Numbered from the stretch's first letter, positions 12,376-25,184 are shown. The stretch is DNA of 64,000 nucleotides from Blepharisma stoltei ATCC 30299 (GCA_965603825.1 CBFDEM010000058.1:744001-808000), one strand, 5' to 3'. Notes: a model not told the origin generated them from the letters alone. Numbers and translations: made by a program.

Positions 12376-13755
12376 TTAATCTTCTTTTACTTCTTCTGGT
12401 GGGCTCGGCGCTACATTTACTACACTCACCACACTTTCATTATTCTCGCTTTCCTTTATTTCTAGCACTTGCTCTATTAAATTTCTGCATATCATACACT
12501 TGCTTTCATTTTTCACCAATTCGCTCCCACAAGAAAAACAAATTCCAGCATGCCCACATTGCATAATAACTGCATTTGCCTTATTTACGCAACAAATAAT
12601 ACAAAGTTTTTCTGCATTATTAATGCTTGCTTCAGCTTCTGAATTGTCAACAATTACTGAGTTAAATTTTAGTTCAAACCCTTCTTCTTTATCAGCATTT
12701 ATTATTTGGCTTGTTGTCCTTTTGTAGCTTTTTGACTCGGCTTCTGAAGTAGGCTTATAAAAGGTGCTGGAAATTCTTTTGAGGAATTTTGGAGGGTCTT
12801 TAAATAGTATAGCAATTCTATTAGTAAAGCCAAGCTGCCTTTGAAGCTGCTCAAAGCTGGTATGGTTGACTGGGACTTCTATATATCGAGAATTAAAAAA
12901 CATGTCGAACCATTTTACGAGGTATTCGAAAAAGAGAAAAGTATAGATCACAAAAGACATGATATAAAAAATTCCAAGACCGAGCCCTGGGGCTAGCTCA
13001 CTTATGTCGTCGTATTCAAGGACGTCGGCTAATAGATAAAAATTCAAAAATAAAGACGCCCCAGATCCTAAAGCAGTTAAGAGAAGCCAGAATGGGCAAA
13101 TTAAATCAAGGCATGAGGCTTTTCCTGTGATAGTTTTGTAAAAAATAGTCACGTTTAAAAAAATCATCCCAAGAGTAATGACAATCAATATCAGATCGGC
13201 TGCATAAATAGGCCAAAACACGAAATGCCAGTTTCAGCCTATGATATCGTTAAGTTTTAAGCTGAAAAGTAAAAATGCAATCGAGAAAATCCATCGACTG
13301 CAAAATTTCAAAGAATATGACAAATTCAGGCTTTCTATTTTAGAATCAGTCCTGAAAAATAGAGAAATGGCATTTGAAACATATAGAGGAATCCCTGCAA
13401 GAGCGATATTAAAGTTGGAGAATTCAATGCTAAAAATTAAGAGGGTTTTGAAAAGTATATTGCCTTGCTGTGCAATTATTTCTCTAATATAAAATTTTTG
13501 AGGTATTGTGGAGTTTGCTTTCTTAAGGGATTTTGAAATGAGACCGATTTCATAAAAATCATAGAGAAATAAAGGAATCAGTGAAATTTCGAGAGGCTCA
13601 GAAGACCCGGTTTTTATGACCAAAAGTATAAGCGCGATTCCTATCATCATGGCTTGGTGGAGTCAATTTTTTAATTCACTTCTAATTATGTCTCGGTAGG
13701 GGCCATGAACTGCATTATTGTCGATGCTTTCTATATGGGGAAGCTGTCCGTTCAT
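12376..13755 (-). CDS. TMEM185/FAM11-like multi-pass membrane protein with C-terminal RING finger
   Basis: TGA=Trp fuses the ORFs from ATG 13755. LKLNDIIG-W-NWHFVFWP resembles the TMEM185 repeat. C-terminal CIICC...IMQCGHAGICFSCG...CMICR is a C3HC4-type RING. Confidence 0.8.
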
Positions 13756-14372
13756 ATTAATTGTGTTAACTCTATTAGGTAATATTGCGATTTACTATTT
13801 TATCTATCAGTTTTCCAATCAGTAAAAAGGAAAATTAACAAAAATTGAATTTTCGAAGAATAGGATAATTATCCATGCAAAAAGTTAATAAGGCTCGTTC
13901 TTATAGTATTTATGTATAAGTAAAAATATTTAATTGTTATAAATGATGAAATTTTAGTCATAATCATTAAGTTTCTTCTACATAGGATCTTTTTTGAAAT
14001 AATTTCAATTTATTTGTAAGGCAGAAATAGCTATAATTGGTTAGATATCTAATTTATTATATAGAGTGCCTAATTGCTTAAAATATAATAAGTATCAGTG
14101 AACCATATGCTAATAGTGAATGAAAGAACTCAACTAATCCCAAAAGAGATAATTAGAAAACATTCTAGTAATTTTCAAGTTACGATGATTAACTTATAAT
14201 TTAACAAATATCTTAAAAATAGTGACTTTCAGGTAGCACCATTATTTTATTATTTTTGACAACTGTTTTATCACGTTCTCTTACCTTAGAAAATCTGGAT
14301 ATTTTTTGTTAAAAATATTTAATCTCTGTCTATTTTTTATGGAATTCGTTTCTGTTTAAATTAATAATTTTT

Positions 14373-16593
14373 ATGCAAAAATCACAAAGACTCATATCCG
14401 TCCTAATAAAAAGACACAACACCCGAGTCACCCCTCAACTTCTTCCAATTTCTCCTATTTCCGACGACTGTGACGAAACAAACATAAATTCTGAACTGTC
14501 CAATACAAAAAGATTTTTATTTGACTCAAAACCTCAAAAAGATGAAGAAAAACCTATTAGGGTTCGCGACATTCCTGTCGTAAACCGCAAATATTTAGAT
14601 GTATGGAAAAGAGTAAGAATAAAAATAAAATCAAAATTGCTATTGAAAGACTTAAAAAATGAATTAAATTTATATGGAACCTCCAACCCTATAGCTGAAG
14701 AAATGAAAGGGTTCAGAAGAGCTGGAACAAAAGGATTTAAGAACCAAGACACATCTTTTAGTATAAGTATTGATGAGTCGACTTCACAGCAAGAATATGT
14801 CCCAGTTTTTATTCTGCATCCTAATGGGAGATTTAAAGGTTATTGAAATATTATTTTAATGTTCTTACTTTTATATACCGCAATTGTGATGCCATTTGAA
14901 ATGTCATTTTTGAATGAAACCAAAGGTGACGAATGATGGTGAACAGATGTTTGTTTAAATATCTTGTTTTTCACTGATTTCGTTATTAATTGTTTTACTG
15001 CGTTTTATGATGAAGATAGTTTGCTTGTCACAGGCCAAGCTAAAATTTTGAAAAATTATTTGAAAGGGTGGATGATTATTGATATTGCCTCGTTTTTTCC
15101 ATTTGATTTTATTATTAGTGACAACTCAGAAAATAATAATGATGGAGCTGCAAGTGGAGGGGGAATGAAAAACCTTATAAGGCTTCTACAAGTGCCCAAG
15201 CTATATAGACTGCTTAGAATTATAAGAATTTTTAAAATGTTGACACACTGCAAACGAAGCGAAATGGTTGATAAAATCCAAGAATTTTTAGGTCTAAAAC
15301 AAGGAATCACGAAATTATCGACATTTTTATTTTCTATTTTTATATGCATTCATGTGATTTCATGCTTATTTTACTATTCTGCAAAGCTAGAAGGGTTTTA
15401 TTATGGCACTTGGGTTGTCAAATGAGGATATTTAGATGACGATGTCGTCACTATGTATATAACTTGCATATATTGAGCAGTCACAACCTTATCAACTGTA
15501 GGCTATGGCGATATTACACCTACTACAAATTTTGAAATAATTTTTGCATTATGCTGGATGATGTTTGGTCTCTGTTTTTATTCCTTCACTATAGGCAATA
15601 TTTCAGCTTTACTAACAGGAATAGATTCAAAGTAATTTTTTATATAGAGAAATGCAATTAACCAAAAAATTATCAGCAATAGACGAATTTTCTAAAGAAG
15701 CAAATTTGCCTAAATCGCTTAAAACAAAGCTTAGAGACGCTTTAAAATATTCCACAGAAAAAAATGGGTTTTCATGAGTAGACAAAAAAACAATTTTTAG
15801 TGAACTTCCGAAACAGCTGAGGTATGAAATTGCGTTAGCAATGCATCAAGGCGCTGCTAATTCACTTTCGTTTTTTTCAGATAAAGACCCCGTTTTTGTA
15901 TCTGCAATAGTGCCTTTTCTTCAACACGTTTTCGTCAAAGCTGATGATTTCATTTACAAAGAAGGCGAGTACTCTGATGAAATTTATTTTATAACAAAAG
16001 GAAAAGTCTGTTTTGTCCATGGTCCAGGCCATATGGTTTATAATAGTATAAACTCTGGCGAATATTTTGGTGATATCGGCGTTATCAATGATACCCCAAG
16101 GAAATATTCTGCTAAAGCTATAGTAGACTGCGATATTCTTACGATGAACAATCAATTAATCACATATATCAGAGAAGTTTTCCCTGAAATTTGGAGTGAA
16201 ATTGAGCTTGAGGCCAAAGAAAAAGAAGAATATATAGATGCTGCTAAAAATCAGGTCATAGAATTCATGAAACTTGAAGAAAACGGAGAAATCGATCAGC
16301 CCAGAAAAAGATTGAAAACTGTAATTAATCACAAAATTAAAGAAAAAAGAGGAATTTATGAAAAAGTTGAAGGAAAAGACGTTGCGGAAATTGTAGAGGA
16401 GACCAAAAATGGTATAGAAGAGCTAAAACGGGATATGGAAAGGACGAGCAATATCATTATTGAGCTGCTAAAATTGATGAGTCATGAGAACGGGAGCTTG
16501 AATATTCTGAATATGTACTTAAATAGTCCAAAAAGGGAGGAGGATACGCAAAATGAAGCTATGGAGTCAAAAATAACTAAGCGGACGAGTTAG
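14373..16593 (+). CDS. Cyclic-nucleotide-binding-domain voltage-gated K+ channel (KCNH/EAG/HCN-like); 2 exons
   Basis: ILHP...W, S4 RLLQVPKLYRLLRIIR, pore CIY-W(TGA 15474)-AVTTLSTVGYGD, C-linker and CNBD (IYKEGE...GEYFGDI...PRKYSAKA). Intron 15632-15647 corrects the frame. Confidence 0.93.
15632..15647 (+). other. 16-nt intron GTAATTTTTTATATAG
   Basis: GT-AG. Removal shifts the frame to that of the CNBD ORF at 15841. Confidence 0.88.
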
Positions 16594-16640
16594 TGTAGGC
16601 ATGAATCATACACGAAATAAATTAATTTGAATTGTAATAA

Positions 16641-17597
16641 CTAGCCTCCAATTGAAATCATAGGACGATTTCCGTTACCGATCATATTTTTTATTCCGCC
16701 ATGCTCTTTAGGCTTCATTAAAAGTTCTTCTTTTACCACTTTTATAAGCTCCTCATCTGTCATTTCTTCATTTAAATCTATTTCTCTTGCTGAATTTAGG
16801 CATACTTTGAATTTCCCATCAGCTGTAATTCTCAGTCTGTTACATTTATCACAAAATGGCTCAGTTATTGACGCAATTACTCCTAAGCTCCCTTTAAACC
16901 CTTCAATTTGGTAATACCTCGCAATGGGGTCTTGAGGGTTGATTCTCTCAATTTTGTATTTTTTTTCGATAGTTTCTATGATATTTTTATATGGGAAAAA
17001 CCTCTTGTCGTTCCACTGATTTCCTGTATACGGCACAAACTCAATGAACCTCATACTGAAATCATTGTGTCTGGTCAACTCTACAAAGTCTAAAATTTCA
17101 TCGTCATTTACTCCATTCATGACCACACAATTTAATTTAATGCTTTTTAATTTCCCTAAACACTCCTCAAATGATCGCCATACTTTTTGAAATCCGTCAA
17201 CTTTAGAAATAAAAGCAAATTTGGCAGGGACCAACGTGTCTAAGCTTAAATTAATAGAATCCAAACCTGCATCTAATAGTCCATCTAAGTGTCTATGCAA
17301 TAAAAGTCCATTTGTAGTTATTGCTAAATGGTTTATTCCTGGTGTCGATTTTACAGCCCTTGCAATTTCCACTACATTCGGGTGAATTAAGGGCTCCCCA
17401 CCAGTCAATCTTACCTTATTCACTCCTTGGCTAGCAAAAAGCCTAACAAGCCTCAGCATGAACTGATAAGGTACTGCTTTTGGTGGCTTTACATCAGGAG
17501 TATAGCAATAAGTGCATTTAAAATTGCATTTGGCAGTTAAAGACAATCTCAAATAATTGTGAATTCTTGCGTAAGCATCAACCAGAGTTGTTGCCAT
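16641..17597 (-). CDS. MOCS1A: GTP 3',8-cyclase (MoaA/MOCS1A/CNX2), molybdenum cofactor biosynthesis radical SAM enzyme
   Basis: YLRLSLT.KCNFKCTYC (CX3CX2C), RLTGGEP, SLDTLVPAKF, FCDKCNRLRITADG...C and C-terminal RPMISIGG. Confidence 0.95.
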   Translation of the reverse strand: MATTLVDAYARIHNYLRLSLTAKCNFKCTYCYTPDVKPPKAVPYQFMLRLVRLFASQGVNKVRLTGGEPLIHPNVVEIARAVKSTPGINHLAITTNGLLLHRHLDGLLDAGLDSINLSLDTLVPAKFAFISKVDGFQKVWRSFEECLGKLKSIKLNCVVMNGVNDDEILDFVELTRHNDFSMRFIEFVPYTGNQWNDKRFFPYKNIIETIEKKYKIERINPQDPIARYYQIEGFKGSLGVIASITEPFCDKCNRLRITADGKFKVCLNSAREIDLNEEMTDEELIKVVKEELLMKPKEHGGIKNMIGNGNRPMISIGG

Positions 17598-17654
17598 TTT
17601 CTCAATTGTCTAAAGCTTTTTCAAATAAAATTTAATCTTCATATATAATTAAAT
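17598..17654. promoter_or_regulatory. 57-bp divergent (bidirectional) intergenic region between MOCS1A and IFT88
   Basis: Head-to-head start codons at 17597(-) and 17655(+), separated by AT-rich spacer. Confidence 0.5.
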
Positions 17655-19898
17655 ATGTATAACCAGGCCAATAGCAATGCTCAATATAACTTTGACAATG
17701 TGCAGCAGAGGCCACCACCAAGCAGCTATATGAGGCAACAACCTCAGCCTATACCAGGGTCAAAGGCAGGAAGAGTTCCAACAGCACTCAGAGGAACACA
17801 GCCTGGACAAGAAAGGCCAGTTACATCAAATCGTGCAGCGGGCTTTCCATCTACTTCTGCTGGGAAAAAAGGGTTTGAAGCGAACTTACCAGCTGGGCCG
17901 TCAGGCCCAGCCCCTGCACTTAAAGCAGCAGAAGAGACCCCAGATGTAGTTTTTAAGAAACTAGAAAAAGAAATCAACACCCTGCTCGATAAAAGTGCTG
18001 AAGCAAAACTAGCCCAGAATAATCAATCAGCTTTAAATTTCGCAAAAGAAGCTGTAGGTAAAGAAAAAAAGCTAAGAACACTAAAAGAAGACGCAGGCCT
18101 CGCTGACCAAATCAACATTGATTTGACGTATGCAGTCTGCGTAAATCTTGGAATCCAGTATCAGGCAAATACCATGTATCAAGAAGCTTTAAATACTTAT
18201 TCATTAGTAGTCAGAAATAAAGACTATCCTCATTCAGGACGTCTCAGAGTTAACATGGGTAATATTTATTATGCTCAGCAAAAATACACCTCAGCGATAA
18301 AAATGTACAGAATGGCTTTAGATCAAATGCAAAACATAGGGAAGCATATGAAATTCCAAATTATGCGAAACATTGCTAATGGTTTCGTAAAGATGGGACA
18401 ATACCCAGATGCCGTTGAAAGCTATGAAAGCATTATGCAGGGTGAGCCAGACCACAAGGTCGCTTTTAACTTAATTTTATGCTACTACGCCTTGGGTGAA
18501 AACGAAAAAATGAAGAAAACGTATACACAGCTTCTTATGATAGAAATTCCTGGAAATACTCAAGAAGACGAAGATATACAAGGGCAGGAAGAAAAAGGGC
18601 CTTTTGCAAACGACTCTCTTAGTGAATATATCAAAGAAAAACGAAGGGAAGCTTATAAGTTTATAATTGATGCAGGCAAACTCATAGCTCCTGTAATAGA
18701 AAACAATTGGATTGCTGGATATGAATGGGTAGCTGAAACTTTAAGAGCTTCTGACTATAAAGTTTTGGAAAGCGAAATTGGGATTTTTAAAGCAGAACAA
18801 TATATAAAGCTTAAAGACTACGAAAAAGCCATAGAAGTTTTCAAAAGCTTCGAGAAAAAAGACCAGTCTCTGATGGCAAGAGCTGCTACTAATATCAGCT
18901 TTTTATATTTCATAGAAAAAGATATGAAAAATGCTGAAAAATATGCTGATATTGCTATAAAGAATGACAGATATAATGCCAAAGCTCTAGTAAATAAAGG
19001 AAATTGCTTATTTTTGAAGGAAGACTTCGAAAACGCTAAAGAATTTTACCTGGAAGCTATAGGTGTCGAAGCTGACTGTGTAGAAGCTATCTACAACTTA
19101 GGCCTCGTAAACAAGAAAATGGAAGTCGACTTAGAAGCTCTCCAAGCTTTCGAAAAGCTTCAAACCATCATGGCGAACTCTCCTGAAGTCATGTATCAAA
19201 TGGCTTCTATCTATGAAGCCTCCCGCAACTTTAAACAAGCCATTAAATGGTATAACTTGCTATTGACTACTTTATCCTCAGATCCAGGCATTTTACTAAG
19301 AATCGGCCAACTTTATGCAGAAATGGGCGACGAAAACCAAGCCTTCCACTACTACGAACAAAGCTATATGCATTATCCAGTCTCAATTGACGCTATATCC
19401 TGGCTTGGCGTCTACTTTGTCAAAGCTGAAGCCTACGAAAAAGCTTGCACATTTTTTGAACGTGCTTCTCAGATCCAGCCACAAGACCCAAAGTGGCGAA
19501 TTATGGTAGCAAGCTGCTATAGGAGGATGGGAAATGAGCAGAAAGCTATAGAGCTCTATGAAAGAATCCATGAGGACCATCCTGATAATATTGACTGCTT
19601 GCAGTATTTAGTATCACTATTAAAAGGAACTGGGCAGAACTATGAGCATTATTCAACACTACTAAAGAAACTATTGAGAGAAAAAGAAATGAATGACTCC
19701 GTACCGAAACAGAATGAGGAAGTATACTCGCCACCACAAATGGCGCAGCAGCCTGTATATGAAGAACAGCCACAAGTGCCACAGCAGCCTGTACAGATAC
19801 AGCAGAGGCCAGGGACAAGCAGAAAAGGAAGAGCTGCGATGGCGACCAAGCAAGATGAAGATGAATGGGCGAACCAGGAGTTAATTTTACCTGAATAA
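17655..19898 (+). CDS. IFT88: Intraflagellar transport protein 88 (IFT-B, TPR repeats)
   Basis: QINIDLTYAV, GRLRVNMGNIY...AIKMYRMALDQ, DRYNAKALVNKGNC, KWRIMVASCYRRMG. Confidence 0.95.
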   Translation: MYNQANSNAQYNFDNVQQRPPPSSYMRQQPQPIPGSKAGRVPTALRGTQPGQERPVTSNRAAGFPSTSAGKKGFEANLPAGPSGPAPALKAAEETPDVVFKKLEKEINTLLDKSAEAKLAQNNQSALNFAKEAVGKEKKLRTLKEDAGLADQINIDLTYAVCVNLGIQYQANTMYQEALNTYSLVVRNKDYPHSGRLRVNMGNIYYAQQKYTSAIKMYRMALDQMQNIGKHMKFQIMRNIANGFVKMGQYPDAVESYESIMQGEPDHKVAFNLILCYYALGENEKMKKTYTQLLMIEIPGNTQEDEDIQGQEEKGPFANDSLSEYIKEKRREAYKFIIDAGKLIAPVIENNWIAGYEWVAETLRASDYKVLESEIGIFKAEQYIKLKDYEKAIEVFKSFEKKDQSLMARAATNISFLYFIEKDMKNAEKYADIAIKNDRYNAKALVNKGNCLFLKEDFENAKEFYLEAIGVEADCVEAIYNLGLVNKKMEVDLEALQAFEKLQTIMANSPEVMYQMASIYEASRNFKQAIKWYNLLLTTLSSDPGILLRIGQLYAEMGDENQAFHYYEQSYMHYPVSIDAISWLGVYFVKAEAYEKACTFFERASQIQPQDPKWRIMVASCYRRMGNEQKAIELYERIHEDHPDNIDCLQYLVSLLKGTGQNYEHYSTLLKKLLREKEMNDSVPKQNEEVYSPPQMAQQPVYEEQPQVPQQPVQIQQRPGTSRKGRAAMATKQDEDEWANQELILPE

Positions 19899-19988
19899 TG
19901 AAAATTTAAGTACAAATGTGTGTCAATTTTTTTATTTTATGCATAATAATTATTTCAAAAGAAGACCTAAATAAAATAATTTTTAAGA

Positions 19989-22900
19989 TTATTCAATATA
20001 CTCCGAGTCTTCATTTTCTACTCGAATTCCCATCTGATGATAAATCCTTTCTACCATCTCTTGGTCTAAATAAGGATTCAAAATGATCCTTCGCTGCTTC
20101 ATCTTGTTAATAAGCTGGAGAGCTTGTGCAAAATTCTGCTGTGCATAGTAATATTCCACTAATAAAGAATACACGTCGCCTATCCTTATAGCTTGGTCAA
20201 CACCTTGGACTTCTAATAGTTGTAAACACATTTTTACCATTTCTTCAGGGCTAGACTGAACTAGTCTTTTAGCGTTCACAAATTGTTCCATTATGGCTTT
20301 TCTCCTTTGGAACTGCTGGAATAAAATATCTTTTTGAGGATTTGCAGATTTGGCTTGGAATTTTAAGGCCTCATTTTCAGCTATTAAAGCTTTTTCATAG
20401 TCTCGGTACTCATCAATTTCAACTGATGCACACGCATCAAAGAAGTTCGCAAGAGAATCCCAGGCCTTTGCTTTCGTATAAAAGAAAATAATGCTTTTCA
20501 TAACATCTGCATTATGCCAGTCCGTGTTCTGCAGAAAGTTTGCTGCAAGTATATAAATTTGTGCATTTTTCGCAGTATTTGCATAACTTTTTATTTTTTC
20601 AATGTCTCCAAGCCTTAATAAGCATTTAAATGCTTTAAGTTTTTCTCCCAATTTCGTGAATAGCTTGCAAGCCATCTGAAAAGATCCTTGACGCTTGCAT
20701 AGTTTTGCGATGCTCCTGATAAGATCTTTCTTTTGCTGGTCCATAATTCCATCGTCAGGTATGAGTTTTTCGACCACATTATCGTCTAATTTTACATTGT
20801 GGGCCAAGCATATTTCTAGAGCTTTAGAGTACTGTTTAGCAGACACCAAAAGATGGACTGCTTTTTCATGCATATTTTCTTGCATAAAATAGTCAGCAGC
20901 TCTCAAAAGTGTTGTAGGGTCTTCTTCTTCGCCTAAATCGTCCACTAATGTCCTTAAATATTCATAATTATGCTCTCGGAAGCATAGATCTAAAGCTTTT
21001 TTTACATTTTTGCCTTTGTGATAAAGTTTAATTGCACGGTCAAATAAATGTTTTTCTTCGAAATATTTGGCTGTTTGGAGCATTATTTTGAAGTTTTCGC
21101 TTCGTAGGGATAAGCTCATAAGGTCTCCGTCAAGTTTATTGTCTCGGGCTAGTCTTACTGCATGGTGGAATCGGTCAGCTTTATTGTAGAGCTGGATAGC
21201 TTCACGGATATCTCCTTGTTCTTCCATATATTTAGCTAAAAATAAGCAGCCAAGTTTAGTGTCATTTTCTTTGCAGATTTTTATGGCCTCTTCGACACTT
21301 CCTTTAGTCAGGTGGACTCTAACACAAGAGCCCAGATCTCCAGCTAGCTTGTAAAAATTCAAAGCGCCATTAGGATCTTGCTTGCTTTCTAGCAGCTGAG
21401 CCCACCACTTATAAAGTTTCGGGTCTTTTTTATCATTAACATACCTTTCCAAGTCCTGAACCCTCATATTGCTATAAAGCATCCTTGGGACTTCTTCTCT
21501 ATGGACGTCAGCTCTTTCATAATACTCCCTCGCAGTCGAAAAATCTTGTATAGACTCATAATGCCTTGCTAGTTTATAATAGGTTGTCCTTAAGTTAATC
21601 CTATCATGAGTTTCCGCAGTCTCCAAAGCTCCATCCCAATTTCCACAGGCCTGCTGCATTTGATTGAGTAAATCATACCTTCCACATTCTATATAAAGCT
21701 GTTTGGCTTCTTCTAACATATTAAGCTCGACTGCTACCATAGCAAGCCTTGCTTCAATTTCTGGCTCAGTTTTGGCTTCTCTGACTGCTTTGGCGCCTCT
21801 TGCAAATCTCATGTTACTTAAACAGACTTCAGCAACGTCAAGCCTTTTGGTTTTTACACTCATGGTGCACATGTTTTCCCAGACGTTTACGTTTTGAATG
21901 GTTTTGACTGCTTTATAAGCTTCGTCCATGTTCCCTGAGGTCATGTAGAAGCTGAAGTTCAATATAGCTTTTTTGACATTTTCGTCACAATTTTCAAGGC
22001 CTGTAAAGTCCCTTAAGGACTTTTTGATGATTTTTCCGATCCCAGAAAGATTGTCTTTTCCTACGTCTTTTCCGATGAAAAACCAATAAGGGACAGAAAT
22101 TCCAATTGTACCACAGATATCGCCTTGTATTTTTATAGAGTCCTGCCTTGTGATCCCGTATTCTGAGGTCACGAACAGGGTGACGGCTTGGTTAAATTGT
22201 TCTTCGGCCTTATTTTCTTGGGCTTCTTCTTCGCCAACACCTGATATGCCTTCTGTTTCGACAAAAAGAAGCCTAGGATCTTGCGTGTCCCAGCAAGAGT
22301 CGACAGGAATTTGTGTATACCCAAAATCATGGTGCATAAAATTGTCAATATCAGAGTCATACACATAAATAGTAGAATCTGGGAAAATAATTGACGACTT
22401 TGGAGCTTGGTCTACCAGCAGTGCCACCTTTGTACCATTTGCATTAATACTTCCCCCCTTAATAATTCCCAAGCTTTGCCCTTGCTTATCTTCAAATTTC
22501 CTTGGCATTCCTCTCTGTTTATATTCTCTTCTTGACAAGTCAAACAGTTTTATATGTGACTCTGTGGTAATCAGCATATTATCTCCCATCACATTAATAC
22601 AATTAACTTCTCCTTCACTTTCTGGCATCAAAACAGTCTGTTTAACTGTCCCTTGCATATTACAAATCTCAATCTGCCCTTCTGTGTATATAATAATAGA
22701 ATCTCTATGGACAGCTGCTATAAAGCATTTTTTATTAAAAGTCCCGACCATTTCTCCATTCCCTGTGTCAGGCATAGTATAGCTTTCGACTGTTTTTCCA
22801 TTCCAGACCACACAATGGGAAGTCGAGGCGTCCATCCCTTTAATTTTTATATTGGTATAGATTTGCATGGAGGCATCAAGCCTATTGAGTCGTCTGACTT

Positions 22901-24086
22901 CTACTTGGTGGTTTGAGGCTTGGAGCGCTATAATGTCATCTTTTATTACTTTGCGGAGGTCAGCTTCTGATAAGATACTTAAGGTCTTTTCGGTTGACGC
23001 AGAAAGCAGGCCTTCTCCGTCTGCCCAAGAAATTTGTTTTATAGGGTCAGCTGACAAAGTGACAGGTAGCTGAGCTTCCCAGCCTTCTCGATTAGCAGGG
23101 GATGTACTAGTCATCAGTGATTTGCATTTCCACATAATGACTCTTCCTTCTTTTGTGCCACCAGCAAGGATTCTTTTTTTCTCATGAAAAGCAATGCAAT
23201 TTATTTTATCGCTAAGCATTTTTCCTGTGATATCAGTATCTGCAAGCGTCAAAAAATAATTTGCGTCCTTCTCTAAATTCCAGAGCCTTACCATGTTATC
23301 TCCAGACACAGTTACCAGCAGCCCCGGCCCTCCCCAAATTGTATAAATATTTTCTGGGCTTCCAGCTACTGTCAGCTTCACTTTTCGTGTTGGGACCAAT
23401 TTTTCATTAGGTGACACCCTAAACTGCACCAATAATAGCGACGACGTAATAATCACGATGCTATTATCTTCTTTATAATACAGCAAAGATTTCACTTGCC
23501 CTCCTACCTTGCATACCTCGCTGCATCTTTTTAAGTCATCAGCTAAATGTACCGACCCAGAGCTCCCAGCAAAAAAGAAAAACCTGTTCATTTGGTCCTG
23601 TGTAGGGATTTCTCCAGCTTCTGTGGCTAATGCACAAAAGGCGATATTTGTAATGGAACCTTCTTTGTGGTATTGGCATATAGGGTTTAAGCCTCTGCTG
23701 GTACTCCAAACACCTACAACGCCATGCTCGTCTCCTGTGACCATTCGGGTGCCGTCTGGACTGATAATTAAAGCGCGGATTCGGCAGCCATGGACTGATT
23801 TTTCTTCTTTGACGGAATTATCGTCATTTTCGTTTCAGTAGGAGATTACGCCGTCATCCCAACAGATTATAAGTAATGGTAAATAAGGGTGCCATACAAG
23901 CTGAGTTGGAAGGGCTTGACGCTGGATTGAGACATTTGAATAGGGTTCTCCGTCTTCAGTAAACATAAGGACTTTTCCAGAGGCTGTTCCGATTGTGAGG
24001 ATAGGCTGGTACATAGAATGCGACCAAGCTGAAACCGCTGGGAGTTCATCTTGAAGATTGATGCGGGAATCGAAGAAAAGAGACAT
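19989..24086 (-). CDS. IFT140: Intraflagellar transport protein 140 (IFT-A; WD40 + TPR), about 1365 aa
   Basis: One in-frame TGA (23835) joins the 83-aa N-terminal ORF (MSLFFDSRI) to the 1251-aa ORF. Motifs GNMDEAYKAVK, VWENMCTMSVKTKRLDVAEVCL, YILAANFLQ, EIDEYRDYEKAL. Confidence 0.95.
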
Positions 24087-24669
24087 TTATAATTTAAACA
24101 TAGAAGTTACTATTAGTTCAAATAGGAATTAGAAGAGATTATTGTTCAAGTTCTTTATTTAGGAATATTCTTTTATTATAACGTAAAATTTGTGCATTTA
24201 ATAAATAGATAATATTCTACTTCTTTTAGACCCCTAAAGGGATTTTTAAAATAAACACACCAAATATAAAGGTTATATGTCAAATTTGGTTCTTGTATTA
24301 ATGCTTAAATACTTTTTGGAAAACGCTCAGAAATTAATAAAATGGTGCGCTATCTTTATTCAAATTTAGATACTTTTACTTCGCTGAAATGTTTGTTGAT
24401 TTTATAGACAGGTGAGATTTTTTGATCTCTCACTGCGACCATACATTAAAATGGCAAACACATGCTGACCTAGCAACTCTGATTTGATTCACCTTTAATA
24501 AGCCTTTCATATAGCTGAGTATAGATTGCTCATAAATTTATGACATATCTATCTACATGTAGTAATAGCTTAGAACTATTTAGAGAAATTTTAAGACAAT
24601 CATGAAAATAGGCATGAAATTATTATACAAAATCTATCAGAGGAAGACCTTATAATTATTACTCAAGAG

Positions 24670-25137
24670 ATGACTCCGCCAACAACAAGCCAGATAAGGC
24701 TCAGTAGATGTCTCCAAGCTGCAATATCCGCCCAACAACATTACTTATGGGAAATAGAACAGTTAAAAAACAAATTAACTCAAAACGAAGAAAAGACTAG
24801 AAAATTTGTTCAAATAATTTCTGAAGACTGCAAGCAAAGTTTGGAAAGACGTGATTCAATTATCGAACAGCAAGGTGGTAAAATTTCAGATCATGAAAAA
24901 ATAATTGCTCAGCAAAACCAAACAATTAATCAGCAAAGCCAAACAATTCATCATCTGCAACAAGTCATTGCTTTAAGAGATGCCAAACACATGGATCAAG
25001 CCGCAATTATAAACAGGCAAAATTATGAAATAAGAGATTTGAGAGATGAAGTATTAAAAAGTAGAAGTGATTTGACAGAGGAAATAAAGGAACTTCTGGA
25101 GAAAATTAAAATGTTACAAGACTATCGAAACCTTTAA
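24670..25137 (+). CDS. Hypothetical Gln-rich coiled-coil protein (155 aa)
   Basis: Intact ATG-TAA ORF with heptad-like IxQQxQT repeats. Confidence 0.55.
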   Translation: MTPPTTSQIRLSRCLQAAISAQQHYLWEIEQLKNKLTQNEEKTRKFVQIISEDCKQSLERRDSIIEQQGGKISDHEKIIAQQNQTINQQSQTIHHLQQVIALRDAKHMDQAAIINRQNYEIRDLRDEVLKSRSDLTEEIKELLEKIKMLQDYRNL

Positions 25138-25184
25138 ATTTATGAAGTCTGTGGTTTTTTAAAATTAAAAAATTAACTAATCAT

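Noticed and set aside
16641-17597. MoaA as a recent bacterial horizontal transfer
   Set aside because: Motifs such as HNYLRLSLT, SLDTLVPAKF and NRPMISIGG resemble eukaryotic MOCS1A/CNX2, and base composition matches neighbouring genes.
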